Assembly (NCBI GenBank): GCA_973851085.1
Contig: OZ316776.1
Span: forward strand, 15,376,001-15,440,000
Length of the DNA stretch: 64,000 nucleotides
Direction of reading: 5' to 3'
From: Ptychomitrium polyphyllum
Lineage: Eukaryota
Position 1 is the stretch's first letter; each line of letters starts with the position of its first letter. The position numbers were made by a program, and so were the translations under genes. Below, piece by piece: positions 12,838-29,428 of the stretch. The notes below the pieces were generated by a model. It searched no databases and had not been told where the DNA came from. It saw nothing but the letters and a program-made list of their open reading frames with translations.

Positions 12838-15800
12838 CTACTAAACCCCTACTGACACGAGATACGCCGAACATTGATCGTAACTTTTTTATTCTGCTTT
12901 GAACCTTGACTTTGTCATTCATGCCGCAGTCAAGAGAAACCTCTCTGCCGCATTCGGTAATCCTTAATTATCAAATGTAGGTTGAATCTACTTAAATATC
13001 AATTAATTTTGATGGGTCAAGCCAATCCTGCAAAGTGCAGCATTGAGTTGTTACTTGTGGATCAGAGACTGGTACTAAAATTCAAGCTGGCTAAGTCAAT
13101 ACTTCTGAACATTCCCTGACCTTGGCTAAAGGCCCTGGTTCAAATTGGTGGGGTGTACGCTAGTACAATCAATCAATGAAATCAAGCTTCTGATGCACTT
13201 CAAATTAGATCGATCATTGGACATGACCGTGAACTACAAGCTCCGTGCAAAGTGCAGTGGCAATTGGTGAGGCGGAGGTGTAGCACCAATGAAGGACAGT
13301 CTTCTCCCACGCACTACACCAAGGTTCCATGCTACAGTTTTTGTGCGTATTTCTATAAACCTGTGGCTAGTGATTCGCCTGCATGATCAAGAGATTGCAT
13401 TAACGGCCAGTCCCACCTGGTACCAAGGTGTATGGCAGTGCTAAGGTACAAAATTGCCGTGTTGATTGTATTACACCATTTGTTTTACCCCTCATCTCTT
13501 CTGGCAAGGAATCTGTGGCAATAATAATACAACCCCAGTTTACTGTACTGTACATTGAGCTCATGCGAATTTGTGATCCACAATTTGGCTTTAACAGATG
13601 TAGTCAAAACATAACCACATGTTCTTCATGGGAAAAATATAACCTAACCAAAACAGTAAACTCAGTCCTCACAGTAAGCTGTAACTATACCATAAAGGGC
13701 ATGGTGAATACGTGATCTTAAAAAAATGAGCAATGAAGTGCCAGGGAAGATGAATATGTGTTGTTGAGATAACTAGCACTATTTTGTAGATCAAGAACTC
13801 GATGACAGCGAGCTGAGGAAGCAACATGATTAAAGAGATCTTTACTCCAGGAACAAAGTTCCTATTTTGGAGTTGGCTGGAAGTCCAGCTATAAGACCTT
13901 TGTACCACTTTCATGACACGGTATGGATCATTTTTCGAGTTGGTAACTTATTATGATTCTTCAGCTTCCGTGATGTGTGTCACCTTCTGGCAGAATCTAG
14001 CCAGGCCATGCCCTTAGAGAGCAATTTGAACAATTGCGAAATTTGGGATTAAATTGAATTCCATTTTGGTTGACTGTATGGTGCACAAGCTGGACTGATG
14101 AGCTTGTAGATTGGTCAAAAATGATTCGGTCTTCAAGAACGTGGATCCCTGTTCGCTAGGCCGACGAAGAAAGAGGAATTGATTCGTTCTTTCCCTTTAG
14201 TATTAGAACCTGTCAGCCGCTATTGTGCCAATTGTTGAACGATGCTCCATAGTCTTGCGTGTAAAGCAACAATTATTGTAATCTCTTTACATGAATCAGA
14301 TTCCTACTAAGGTTTGCACATACTGAAGCTGAAGACTAGCATGCCAGGTTCAGGAGTATATAGCTGGTTTACGAGTACACACAAGGTCTTTAAAATCATA
14401 TTTCTTTTGTCTCATCATTTGACCTTATCTGACCTCAACGGACGTCGTCTGCTTGCAGGGATATGTTATGAGTTCGTTGCGGTTGAAGTGCAAGAGTTTC
14501 TACACTCAAGCTAGCTAGACATATGTACAGCTCCTGTGCTTCACAATGTGGTATCATGTTTCCGGCTCATTCATGTTGTATTAGCGGGTTCACAGGAAAC
14601 AACCATTCTGCATCATATTCGAGGACTTCCTTGGCTGCTCCCTCAAGCATGTACAATCTCAAGTGGCCCAGCCAGCTCCACCCCATTTACACTTCCCACT
14701 GCATGTAAATACGTGTACTACCGATATTGACCTGAATTTTGTTGCAACCAGTACATAAGAAGCAGCATCGCCACTTCGTTGTCATTCTTCAATGCTATAT
14801 GTATATGCCAGCAGCGTCTAAATATTTCAGTGAAACGTCTTGACTCATCGTTGATCAGATTTTACTCTGAAACTAGTAGGCTACTTTTGTAGCATCTTAC
14901 TCTCTCATTTTTGACGTAACAGCAACTAAGATCTCCTGTAGAATGTATAACTAGTTCTCTTTATGTCAAGGGATTAGAGCCTTTTTCCCTCATTTTAGTG
15001 ATGAACTTCTATTCTGGTTGAGCTTCGGAAGCTTACTTAGAGCCTTTTTGAAGCTTACTTAGAGTCTTTTTGTGTAGTTAGAAAATTCATGCATCTTTAG
15101 TACTGTTTGTGAAGTCTGGTGGTGGCAGGTAAAAGATAAATCATTGTATGATGCATTTACACCTCCTTGAAAGGGTCACTTAAGAGGCGTTTCACAGCGC
15201 ACGGAGACTTCAGTTGAAAAGATGGTTGGTAAGAGCTCAGAGACTTCATATTGGGATGGCATCATAGAAAAAGTTCCCAGGAAACTAAACTATTGGTGAT
15301 TGAATGCTGCTAAAAACCATCACTATGGGTTATGGGTGTCCATGGAATTTGGCTATTAGAAACATGCTCATTTATTGATGTAGAATGGTGAGGTGGAACA
15401 AACCATGACTTTCAATAAATTCTTTTAATATTGCCTCACTCATGCCTTCACAACTATTTTTTAGTAATGAAATTATTTCTCCAGATCAACTTCTACAACT
15501 AGGTGGAATCCTCAAAAAAATTCTGGTTGTATGAAGGGATCTATATTTGATTTCTTTGAGTGTAATGGTATTTAGTGACTCTTGCTAATAAAGTGCTAAT
15601 GTATTTTAAATACTTATAATCTTATCCTTGTAATGACCTTAATAAAATAAAAGAATTATACATCTCTACTTTTCTTCTTTTAGAGTTGTAATATATATTT
15701 GCAATATATTTACAACATCATACTTGCATCATCTATCTACTTACAAAGAACATGTCAAAAACTTCAATCTTGAACCTCAAATAATTCTCTAGAATTGCCT

Positions 15801-16166
15801 TTCTAAGCTGAAATTACCATGCCTTTATATTTGCAACCACATAATCAAGTTAGAACTATTCTACAAGAAAAAAACTCAATAAAAAGAAACACCAAAGCAT
15901 CCTGCAATGACATACTTCAATTTATTTTTATGTTTTGAAATAATGAAAGTAGAATAAACCAACAAAATTCCTTTCTGCCCTCTAAAAACAAGCACTTTGA
16001 GGTACCAAGATTTCCTCTTTGTTGACATGTCAACACTTTATTTACCGCATGGATCTGCAAAGGGTGTGAGCCTCTCTAAGTGCTAGGTTAGGTTAGGATT
16101 GAGTGATGGTTTTGCAAGAAAGCTCTATGCCCACAAGGCGTAAGATAGAAGTGCAATGGTTTCCCC

Positions 16167-16527
16167 TCAATACAAGCGATCATGTGTATTCACACGTACA
16201 ATGCACTGTTCAGCTAGTCGCGGGAGCATGTATTCTGTATCTGATAACCAAGCTGATTCTGTAACAGGGGTGGGCACTGCGTCTGGGAACGGTGTCGGCA
16301 CCACGGCAGAGCACAATACGACGAAGGCAGCGATGGTGGACACCTGAGCTTGCGTGATCAGCTTCACTTGCACCGTGCTTCCTTGCAAAACCATCACTCA
16401 AGCATCTCAGAAAGCTCACCTGGAACTCATAGAAAGTCACAACCTCTGCGTAGAATCCATACCCACCCAGTCGTCTCACAACGAATCTCACAAGGTGTCG
16501 GTTGATGGATTCCAGCTCCAGGGCCAT
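16167..16527 (-). CDS. Possible small two-exon ORF (~94 aa) divergent from spastin, function unknown
   Basis: Exon 16527-16420 (MALELESINRH...FYEFQ) and exon 16343-16167 join in frame across a 76-nt CAG|GTGAGC...CTCAG intron. No recognisable family. Confidence 0.25.
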
Positions 16528-16865
16528 GCCATGATGAGCATGATCAGTGGGCACTCAAGCCCTCACATGACCATCTCCATCCTCACATGTTCTCAGGGTG
16601 CCTCTCCTGTGTTGTGCAGTTCTTTTCCAAGGACTGGTATGTGTGGTCGGTGCTCGTTTGCGAATGCTCACTGAGTAGGCTAACCTGCACCTAAGTAGAG
16701 TGATTATATCATTATTATCCTGCTGTTATGGAAGCGAGCACCGTTACGGATACCTTTGTGTCTCGACAATGCTCACCTTGGAGAACTGAGCAATCCTGTT
16801 TCTTTTTGTACTGCTGTTGTGGTTTGTGGGATTAGAACCCGGCGCCCAATGAAGCGGTTGAGAGG

Positions 16866-20678
<3,813 letters not shown>

Positions 20679-22126
20679 TTTTGCAACTTTTATAGTACTG
20701 TGCGTACGGCGTTTTGAAACTGTTCACCCCGCCTTGCAGACAGTACGTGTACAAACAGTGCAGATTTATTTTGTAAACATGCATCATGGCTCAGATGTAT
20801 GTCACTTATCGAATAGATGGAAACCATCACGCTGACGCCCATGCTGGGCCAGAGTTCACAAGCTGATCTAGATGAATAATGGAAGATGGTAGACGAAGCT
20901 TCTAAATCTGAAAAGCTCTCAGTAGCTAAATTTTGTAAAATATATACGTGTTGATAACAATGAGGGAGATGGATATCCGCTGTCATTCTTTATCTAGACT
21001 GAATGCACATCCTAGACCGAAGGCTTGATATACGTCTTGAATTGCAGTGTGATTCTTGGAATCGTTTAGTAATCTTGGTTGATTATGGCATTTAGTCTAT
21101 CTACAAAATTAGTATTTGCAGACCTGAACTAGGGGGCAAACATTTTGTCGGATTGAAGACTGTTATTTAGAATCCTAACTTCCACCTTTCTTTTTTGTCA
21201 ATTTGTCCACAGTGCTGTGTACGTTATCCATATTAGGAAGACTTTGTTTGGAAACTCTATTCATGTCATATGTCTTCTCACTGATATGAATTGAAGGAGT
21301 TGGAAAAAACCGAAAAGGTATAAAATGACAAATTGGATATCAAGCAATCAAAAGTAACTCAATACCTTGCAAGCACAATGACATGCAAAAGCAGCTTGTT
21401 ATGCAACTTATGGATTTTCTAAAATGGCAAGCTAAGTCCCATGCTTTTGACTCCATTAGAAAATTTAAACATTTTATAATTATTATACTTATTATAATTT
21501 TGAAGCATTTATAATTTATGATTACCAATATATTTTGATATAAGTCAAAGTTACCAAGTACAACATTTTTGTACATACTTAAACCAAAAAAAATGTTTTG
21601 TCAGGATGATCTTTTACAGATAAAGTGCAATAAGAGAATAAAATAATACTTCATGCAAGAACATTATTGGAGTCTTCATCTAAGGAACTTTGAAGGTATT
21701 TGGATTAAAAAAGGATTTTCTTGCATAGGCTTTTTACTAAATTTTTCACAAATTCATTGAGAGAGAATCAATCTCAGTTTTACATTTCTTATTAATGTTA
21801 TTGAAGAGTGTAATAATTTTATATTAGCACGTTTTTTGATATGAGTTTGAAAAAGAAATACTTGTATTAAGGGTGAATTCTTGAAATCTTTGCAATGCTA
21901 GTATCTATGACATCCATTTTGTTTAAATTGCCGACTCCATTGTACAAACCCATTGTAAAAAGTCGATGGATAACTTTGGAGTAAAAAATTGCAGAACCAT
22001 CTCAACAGTCTCAACAGCCGACTTTCGGGTAAAGGGGCAAAGTTTAAAAACTTTCACTTTACCCGTCCGTGAGCCCAGGCAAGGCCGACACCTCCTCGGC
22101 GGAATTAAGCCCGAGACACGGCCAGG

Positions 22127-22182
22127 TGGCGACTCCCAGAGGATTCGATCCCCTGACCTAATCCCGTGGCAGTCGCGGACAC
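22127..22182 (-). other. tRNA 3'-half-like relic (T-arm/B-box + CCA) upstream of TFIIA gamma
   Basis: The minus strand reads CTGCCAC...AGGTC-AGGGG-ATCGAAT-CCTCT-GGGAGTC-G-CCA, with near-canonical spacing from a GCC anticodon-like loop. No matching 5' acceptor strand or D-arm. Confidence 0.2.
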
Positions 22183-22440
22183 CTGCCGGTTAGTTGTGTG
22201 CTCTGTGCCGCGAGCTCGTCGAAGGCTGGATTCCGCCGTCCCGGTCGTCGCATGTCGGAGCAGTCGCTGTCCGAGCTCAGCTCATTTGCTGCCGCCATCG
22301 CTGTGCCGTGCGAGTGCAAAGCCGCAACCTTGGAGGCTAGCGTGCGTGTCCACACTCTCCCGCCGTCACCCAGTGCTAGGGGGGCAGTCGGTGAGGATCC
22401 TTCATTCGCAACACACGAGAGATCCCGTGGAGCTAGCGCC

Positions 22441-23603
22441 ATGGCGAGCTACGAGCTCTACAGGAAGTCCTCCATTGGGATGAGCCTCACGGACGCCCTG
22501 GACGAGCTCGTCACCAACGGCACCATCTCGCCTCTGCTTGCTGTCAAAGTGCTCATGCAGTTCGATAAGGTGCTCCTGGTCATTGAACCCTAAATTTTCT
22601 TTCAGTCACTTTCTGTTGGAGAAGAGTAAGTAATTGTGGTCCAGGGGCCGGTGTGAATCGAGAGTCTCTTGGGGATAGTGCAACTAGTTACGCCACCAGG
22701 AACTAGAACTTGCCCGCCACATAACATTCATTGTTAGCATGACCCCTGCACTACTACTCTAGTAGAGCATTCGGCTAGATGATCATCTGGTTGGCAGATA
22801 CTCTACAAAGTTTAATGTGGAATAGTGTTCTAGTATTCTTCATTGTAGTGCAAGGTCATCCAGCGAAGGAATGTTATGTGCCCTGAATGCCTTCTACCCT
22901 TAATGTGAATGCCTTCTACCCTTAATGTGTTTCTTGAAGGCAGAATCTATGAAATCCAACAGTGACCAATATCCAGTAACTAGTTTCAGTTGGAGGTTCG
23001 TTGCTCGTGCTGTGAATGTGGTATAACTGAAGTGGAGTTCAGCTTCATTCTCCTTTGGTTCTTTGGAAATGTTGTCCTGCTAGCTGAATTTTCGCTTTGT
23101 GCATTTTCGTTGCGGTGAGGTTTGAGTTGCTTACTTGCTGTTGTGGTTGGACGGAATAGTCAATGAACGACGCTTTGTCGACGAAAGTAAAGGTTAAAAC
23201 AAGTTTCAAGGTATGGTTATCCAGTTTCCCATAATTTTGTGTCAGTTGGATCACACTGCGTGGAGTTTTTTCAGCTTTTGCGTTGAGTCTATGCTTAAGT
23301 TGCGGTGCGAGTCCACATGAATGGGGATGTGTTCAATGCTTATTTTCTTGGTGTAATTCCAGTTCATTTTGTTCGATCTCTAGAGTATTTATGAATTGCC
23401 TTGTTGGAGATGGTTGATTGTCCAACATTGTTTTATCTGACATACTTTTTTGTGGGAAACAGGGTCATCTTCATACTTACAGATTCTGTGACAATGTGTG
23501 GACCTTCATCTTGGAGAATGCATCGTTCAAAACAGACAATGAGGTTACAGTTGTGGATCGGGTGAAGATCGTTGCCTGTGATGCCAAGATTCTTGCGCAT
23601 TGA
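22441..23603 (+). CDS. TFIIA-S: Transcription initiation factor IIA gamma (small) subunit; 3 exons, 106 aa
   Basis: Exons 22441-22569, 23160-23210, 23463-23603 give [24 protein letters not shown]...QFDKSMNDAL...[19 protein letters not shown]...VKIVACD. Confidence 0.97.
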
Positions 23604-25460
23604 GCTGGCCAGGAAAGTGGGCCGGAGGAGTTGAAGAGCACTGCTTACTCAGGTCTTATGTACCTGTTTGCCATGAATTGTTGAAAGCATAGCATCAGTT
23701 AGAGTCTGTACCAACAAGAGCTTGGCGTACTTAGGAAATTGCGAGTTCCAGTGAAAAACGAGTTATGAGAACGCAATAGATGGGATTACTTCTTATTGCG
23801 ATCTCTGAAATACTTAGTCGTAAACTCAAAGATGTTAGTGAAGCAGTTTTGATACGAGCTCAGCTTTGCAGTTAATTGAGCTGCTGGTGCCTACTAGTTC
23901 CCTGTATATTTCTGCTTCTGAAACCAAATTTGGCCTTGATCCATTCATGTGGCAGCTCTCTAGCACACCTTCAGTTCTGATTTGTCAAAAAATGTTTCAT
24001 TCTGAAACATTTTAGGGGTACAGAGGTTATAGGAATACAATCTGATACGTTAGCATCCTTCTCTTGTTTGGCAACACATATGCTAGAGTTTTCATGTGAG
24101 TGTTTGTATTTGGCAAGATTCCCACCAAGGTAATGTACTGGGTACATCGCGCTTCTTGGTTCCCACGCATTCAATTCGAGCGAAGGATTAATGTGCTGCC
24201 TCGAAGCACCACCTTTCTTGAACTGCTGGGCTGCATATACTTCATAACATTGCAGGACCCAGGCTTGCCAAGGCACATATTGAAGATTACTGTAATATAA
24301 TACTCTGGTTGCTTGTCTCTTATCTCATATCTTATTATCGTCTTTGACAATCCAAGTTTGTGGATTACGATGGTATGATGGTGCACAACAATTTCTCAGA
24401 ATTCCTGCACACCAAACTATGCCGTGGCAGAAAGAACAACTGTTGCGAGTAGTCTGGCCAAGTAGAGAGTACTGGACACCAAGTGCTTTGACAATATGAT
24501 TTGGAGTGCTATAATCGTGCGAAAGGTACGACATTGACTAAGTTACGTGAGATATTGTATCTTGAGACTATGTTATGGAACTTTTTCATAGCATCTCTTT
24601 TAAACCGTCAATTAAGTAAAATAGAAATATACAAAAAACTGAAATAAGCTGAAAATTTTCCGTGAACTTGCCAAGAGCCGAAGGCGCTATAACTCAGAAA
24701 TTCTGCTAGCAAGCCTTATCGTCTATTCGTTTGATATAACTCCCTTGCTTGTCGATAATCCACTAAAGCAACGACTTTCCTTGCTGGTCAAGCGTAGCAA
24801 AATTGACTTACGAAATAAAGCCTGAATTACGGAAGTAAAGTCCCGTTGACCTTTATTTTGCACTGAACACAGCCTGCACAAGAGAAGCAGAACTTGAGTG
24901 ACAAGAGAATTCAAGGCACGATTTTCTTCTGCAATATGCGCCTCGACACCAATAAAAGTTCTGCAATAATGGGGACCAGGATCATGAACAACGCACATGG
25001 TATGTAGGGCGCGCAGGAATCACATCCCTGGTCGCAGAACAAGCATCCCATTGATGTTGGAGTAAGTATGTCGAAGTCTATCACCTCTATAGTGCAGGAC
25101 TCTAAAGCATTGTAAATTATGCCATTTCTCTAAATATTTCTTGCAAACGCCAACAAATAACTCTAATAAAGGTTGTCTTACACATTCTTCCCTAAGAGAC
25201 GAGTTTCAGTAAAAACTTCAATAAAAGATATGAAAACTTTAGACTAAAGTTAATCTATAGGAGAAAGTGGAAAGTGGAAAGACATTAAAATGATGTAGAT
25301 AGAAGTAGTTTCCTTTTATGGACCAGTTCGTTGATTACCATTTTAAAGGCACTTCCAAAACCAATCGACAAGAGAAGACATCTTACAATAATTGCTATTA
25401 TGTTGACAACCAACCTGTTTTTTCATCCATCTTCAAATTCCTTGTCTCTCAAGCGCCACA

Positions 25461-25596
25461 ACAAGACATACGAGATTACAAGACATACAAGATAACAAGA
25501 CATACGAGGCATACGAGATAACAAGACATACGAGATAACAAGACATACGAGATAACAAGACATACGAGATAACAAGACATACGAGACATACGAGAT
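25461..25596. repeat. 17-bp minisatellite (ACAAGACATACGAGATA), about 7-8 copies
   Basis: Read directly from the sequence, with two internal 9-bp slippage variants; lies about 340 bp upstream of the DJ-1/PfpI ATG. Confidence 0.95.
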
Positions 25597-25937
25597 GGCA
25601 TGAAAATTTTGACCAGAGGGAAGGAGGCCCTAAGCCTGCTCAAGAGCAGCACTGCCTTGGTTACTGCAAGAAGCATCCGAGGAACCATACTCGTCTGCTT
25701 CTGTAGCGAATCTGCAATAGTAGCGATAGAGAAGTTTCGATCGCAACTCGAGTACAAGTGGAGTCTGATCCTCTGAGTAGCTCTGTGTCACTCAGTTTCT
25801 GTTGCAGAATCTGCACATGTGTGCAACACTACGGTTACGTCGGACGTAAATTGGCTGAATTCGGTTCGTTCCACAGTTCAGATTCTTGAAGCAGGGAGAT
25901 AATCTTTGCGCCACTGATTTGTTCTGTAGGAAGGAGA

Positions 25938-27397
25938 ATGGCAGGCAGTGGAGAGCCTCGGAGATTGCAGGTGGCCATACCCATCTTTGAGAACATGACG
26001 ATGCTGGATCTGGTCGGGCCCTACGAGATGCTCAACTCCGTCCCGCACGTGGACGTGGTGTTCGTGAGCCACAAGCGGGGTTTATTCTCCGACCTGGGAT
26101 CGTTCACCATGGAAGCCAAGGCCTCCTTCGACGAGGTAACTTCTGATTCTGATGATCTCTAGATGTTACCTCAAGTTGCAGTAGAGTCTGGTAGTGTGCC
26201 ACCTTAGAGCTGGCAGGATCATGGCCATAGCCTAGGTTCCGAGGTCATGGTGTTTTTAAGAGCTTTTGCATCCATCACGAGCCAGGATTTGAGAAGCCTA
26301 ACATTCATCATCATCTCCTCTGCGTTCCCATCAGATTCCAAGCCCTGATGTTGTGGTTGTTCCCGGAGGTCTTGGCACGCGTGCCCTTCAGGACGATAAC
26401 ACAATCTTGGACTGGATTCGAAAGGTGAGTGCTTCACCCTGCTGCGTTTCTTGCTTCATCGGTGATACAGTGTGTCTCTAGAGCTCGCTACGTACAAATT
26501 GTTTCCCGCTTTGAATGATTCCGAGCACCAGTGCAACCGGCGTTATTGAAAAGGACTCGACGGGGTTGACAGGCGCACGAGACCACGTTATACACGACTT
26601 CGGTGTGCACGGGCTCTCTTCTTTTGGGTGCGGCTGGGCTTCTGAAAGGGATCGATGCCACAACTCACTGGGCGATCCTGCCAATGCTGTCGAACTTTGG
26701 TGCGAATCCTGTCAGCACTCGAGTCGTCCGGCAGGTATGTATCCCAGCTGGTTCGTTTCTTCGCGCTGTTGTTGCCATTCGGTACACTGCATTCCATATG
26801 GAACCTTTCTCCACCCACAACATGACCTAGATTCTAACCAGATACTTGGTGTTCTTTTCTGCTGATAGATAGACTAGACTTCATATGCATGTAGGAGAGT
26901 AAATATAACAGAAAGTTGCTAATACATTGATGAAGTAATTGTCGGTGGTGGAGTGATACTTTCTGCACTGGCGAATGTTATGCACAAGGATGGATCAAAG
27001 TGCTGCACGTCGGTTCGATTTGACATACTAAAGCTTGATAGCTGGAGAGATATTAGGCAATCCATTTCTGTATTCAACCTATCTTGGTTTTGTTTTCCTT
27101 TTTCGTGCAGTTGTTTTTATCAAATGTTGTTGATGGAGTGCATGCATGATCCTCCAGGGCAAGATCATCACAGCAGCTGGAGTGTCATCTGGGATCGACA
27201 TGGCTCTTCACCTTGTAGCCCTGCTGACGGATGAGTTGACCGGCAAGGCAGTGCAGTTGGTCACTGAGTACGACCCGGAGCCGCCCTTCAACACAGGCGC
27301 ACTCAGCAAAGCCTCCCCGGATGTTCTTGCCAAAGCAGGCGCAATCAGTGATTGCTTTTATGCCAATTTAGCTGCTAAGGCACAAGCGAAGCAGTAG
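25938..27397 (+). CDS. DJ-1/PfpI family protein of isocyanide (isonitrile) hydratase type; 4 exons, 229 aa
   Basis: Exons 25938-26135, 26335-26424, 26573-26734, 27158-27397. Motifs TMLDLVGPYE (Asp at the DJ-1 Glu18 position), VVVPGG, TSVCTGSLLLGAAGLL, ATTHW, GVSSGIDMAL, and the C-terminal EYDPEPPFNTG extension typical of ICH/InhA. Confidence 0.92.
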
Positions 27398-28369
27398 ATT
27401 TAATATTCTTCGAACCTAGATGTGCTTATTACTTGTGTGGTTACATTAGAACAATGATGTGCCGTTGACAAGGATCTACTTTCACAGCACTAAGTCCAAA
27501 TGGGTCAAACCTTAGGTGACCACTGGACAAGAATAAATTCGTTGATATGGAACACCAGCGAGCATCAATCAAAGAGCCAGCAACCTACATTCTTCAACCA
27601 ACTTCTTTTTTCTGTCGCTTGTTTTGAAGAGAATTGCATTCAACTGTGCATTTTAGAGACACATGATCAGTGGATTCCCTGACAGCCTGGCTTTGCCAAA
27701 CTTGATAAGGAACTTCACAGTGGGAATGTTGCCTTGCTGTAACAAAATAGCAGTGAAAATGAATATTCACAGACGATTAGAAATCGAGATGTAAATGGGC
27801 GACAGGGACTTATGATGTTACCCACGAAGGCACAATGTATATCACCGTTAGCTGCTGCATGATTTACAGTTGCGAACCTACAAAGCTTCCGTGATGGTGA
27901 CGACGATGACCCCCATGTCTTTGACGATCTGCACAACGTCCACGCCCTTCAGCATGGCCGGCACCAGCAGGAAATCTGGAAACAAAATCACTTCGATAGT
28001 CCTGTAAGGATCAAGCGATGCATGATGGATTTTCCTGAATAATACACCTACATATACAGTGCCTTGTTAAATAGGGGTTCAATAATTGCTTATTTTATTA
28101 CAATCAACGTTGACCCCTGGTGCTGGTGGGCGTTGCGTTATGCGCCAAAGTGACGATCACAACGTGCCAGTCCAAGGTTAATTCCATCTGCCATAAAATT
28201 CTCTGTAAAGCATTGAATATATGGTTGTAAAATTTGTCATGTTCACATAGTACCTGCTTATATGGTCGGGTTCATTAATTGGATGTTCTACATCTAAGAT
28301 TACGACGATGTGGGAACTTAAAATTCGAAATCCAGAAACTAGATGTCGAAATCTAAAACCTAAATCCGC

Positions 28370-29428
28370 CACCCGTTTGTCGATAAAGTCGTACTCAAAT
28401 CAATATTGATGCCGGGATGTCGTCTAGGGCCGCACCTTTGACGCTGATCCGGTCATGTTTACACGAAGTTCAGGGATTTGTCGACGGAGAGGAGAGGGTC
28501 GAAGACCAAGTCCAGAGCGGGGTCGGAGTTTTCAAACAGTAGGGATAGGGTTTCCGTCGTGGTGGCGTGGAACGAGACGAGGCAGTACGAGAACACCGGG
28601 AGGTAGGCGTTTGCGCTCAATTTCAAGGGGAGGGAGTATAGTCCGACCCGAGTTCCACAATGCCGTCATAGTTGCCGAAGTAGTCTCTGCTGTTGTTGTT
28701 CATGCACCCCATGATAGAAGCAACAGAATTCGCCTCGGTGGTGTTGGACAGCGTGATTCTCCCGGTCATGAGGGTGCCCTGGATTTGGCTTCCATATTCT
28801 ATCCGCCAGGTGTTTGCTACACTACATGGAGTAAGTTCAAACTGAAAGCACATTACGCACATATCCAATGAATACTACAGAATCAAGAAACAGCCAAAGA
28901 TTGGATAAAGCAGAACCGCAAATCAAATAGTACTGTCAACAACCCGGTTACTGCCAGTATCGACTAGCTCAATGAATTTCTGCGGTGGGGTGCCAAACGA
29001 GATGGACATGATACTCTGATCTGTTGAAGCTGCGGCCTTTCCGTGTGGTTGAAGTCTTGAAATCCGCCAGTCGGCGACCACGAGATGCTATCAGATTGTC
29101 TGAGCGCTTGATTGCCGCATCCCAACGGTGCATCAGTGTTCTATTTAGCGACTAACGACTATGGTGGATAAAAGCTTCAGATTCCACAAGCTGCCGGAAA
29201 ATTCATTATCTTTCGACTTAGAATCCGCACTGTATGTACCTCGAAATTAAATTTACAGAGAAACATTGCTGAAACGCTGTCGGAATCCGGGAAGCATGTG
29301 CCGTAGATCGCCACGACACTGCCAACACCACTAGCAACATCCAACAAAACAGTACTGCTGAGCGCCATGGTCATCATGATGATCATCAGCGATTGATCAT
29401 GTGCCATGGTCAAAGTTCTGATGACCAT
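28370..29428 (-). pseudogene. Degraded nepenthesin-like (family A1) secreted aspartic protease
   Basis: Collinear motif remnants broken by frameshifts and stops: hydrophobic N-terminus (29428 onward), AAIKRS, EY/MSISFGTPPQKFIELVDTGS (DTGS at 28961-28950), IMGCMNNN..F...DGIVELG / GLYSLP...VFSYCLVSF, VNMTG/SVKG..L.DIPAS, GGG. Boundaries are approximate. Confidence 0.85.

Noticed and set aside
22198..22440. N-terminal extension of TFIIA gamma in the ORF track
   Set aside because: It starts at a non-ATG codon; the conserved protein begins at ATG 22441.
22883..22929. Short perfect duplications (also about 8676-8718 and 15028-15070)
   Set aside because: These are ordinary two-copy 21-22-bp slippage or repair duplications with no further structure.
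25476..25757. 93-aa minus-strand ORF
   Set aside because: It is largely a translation of the 17-bp minisatellite.
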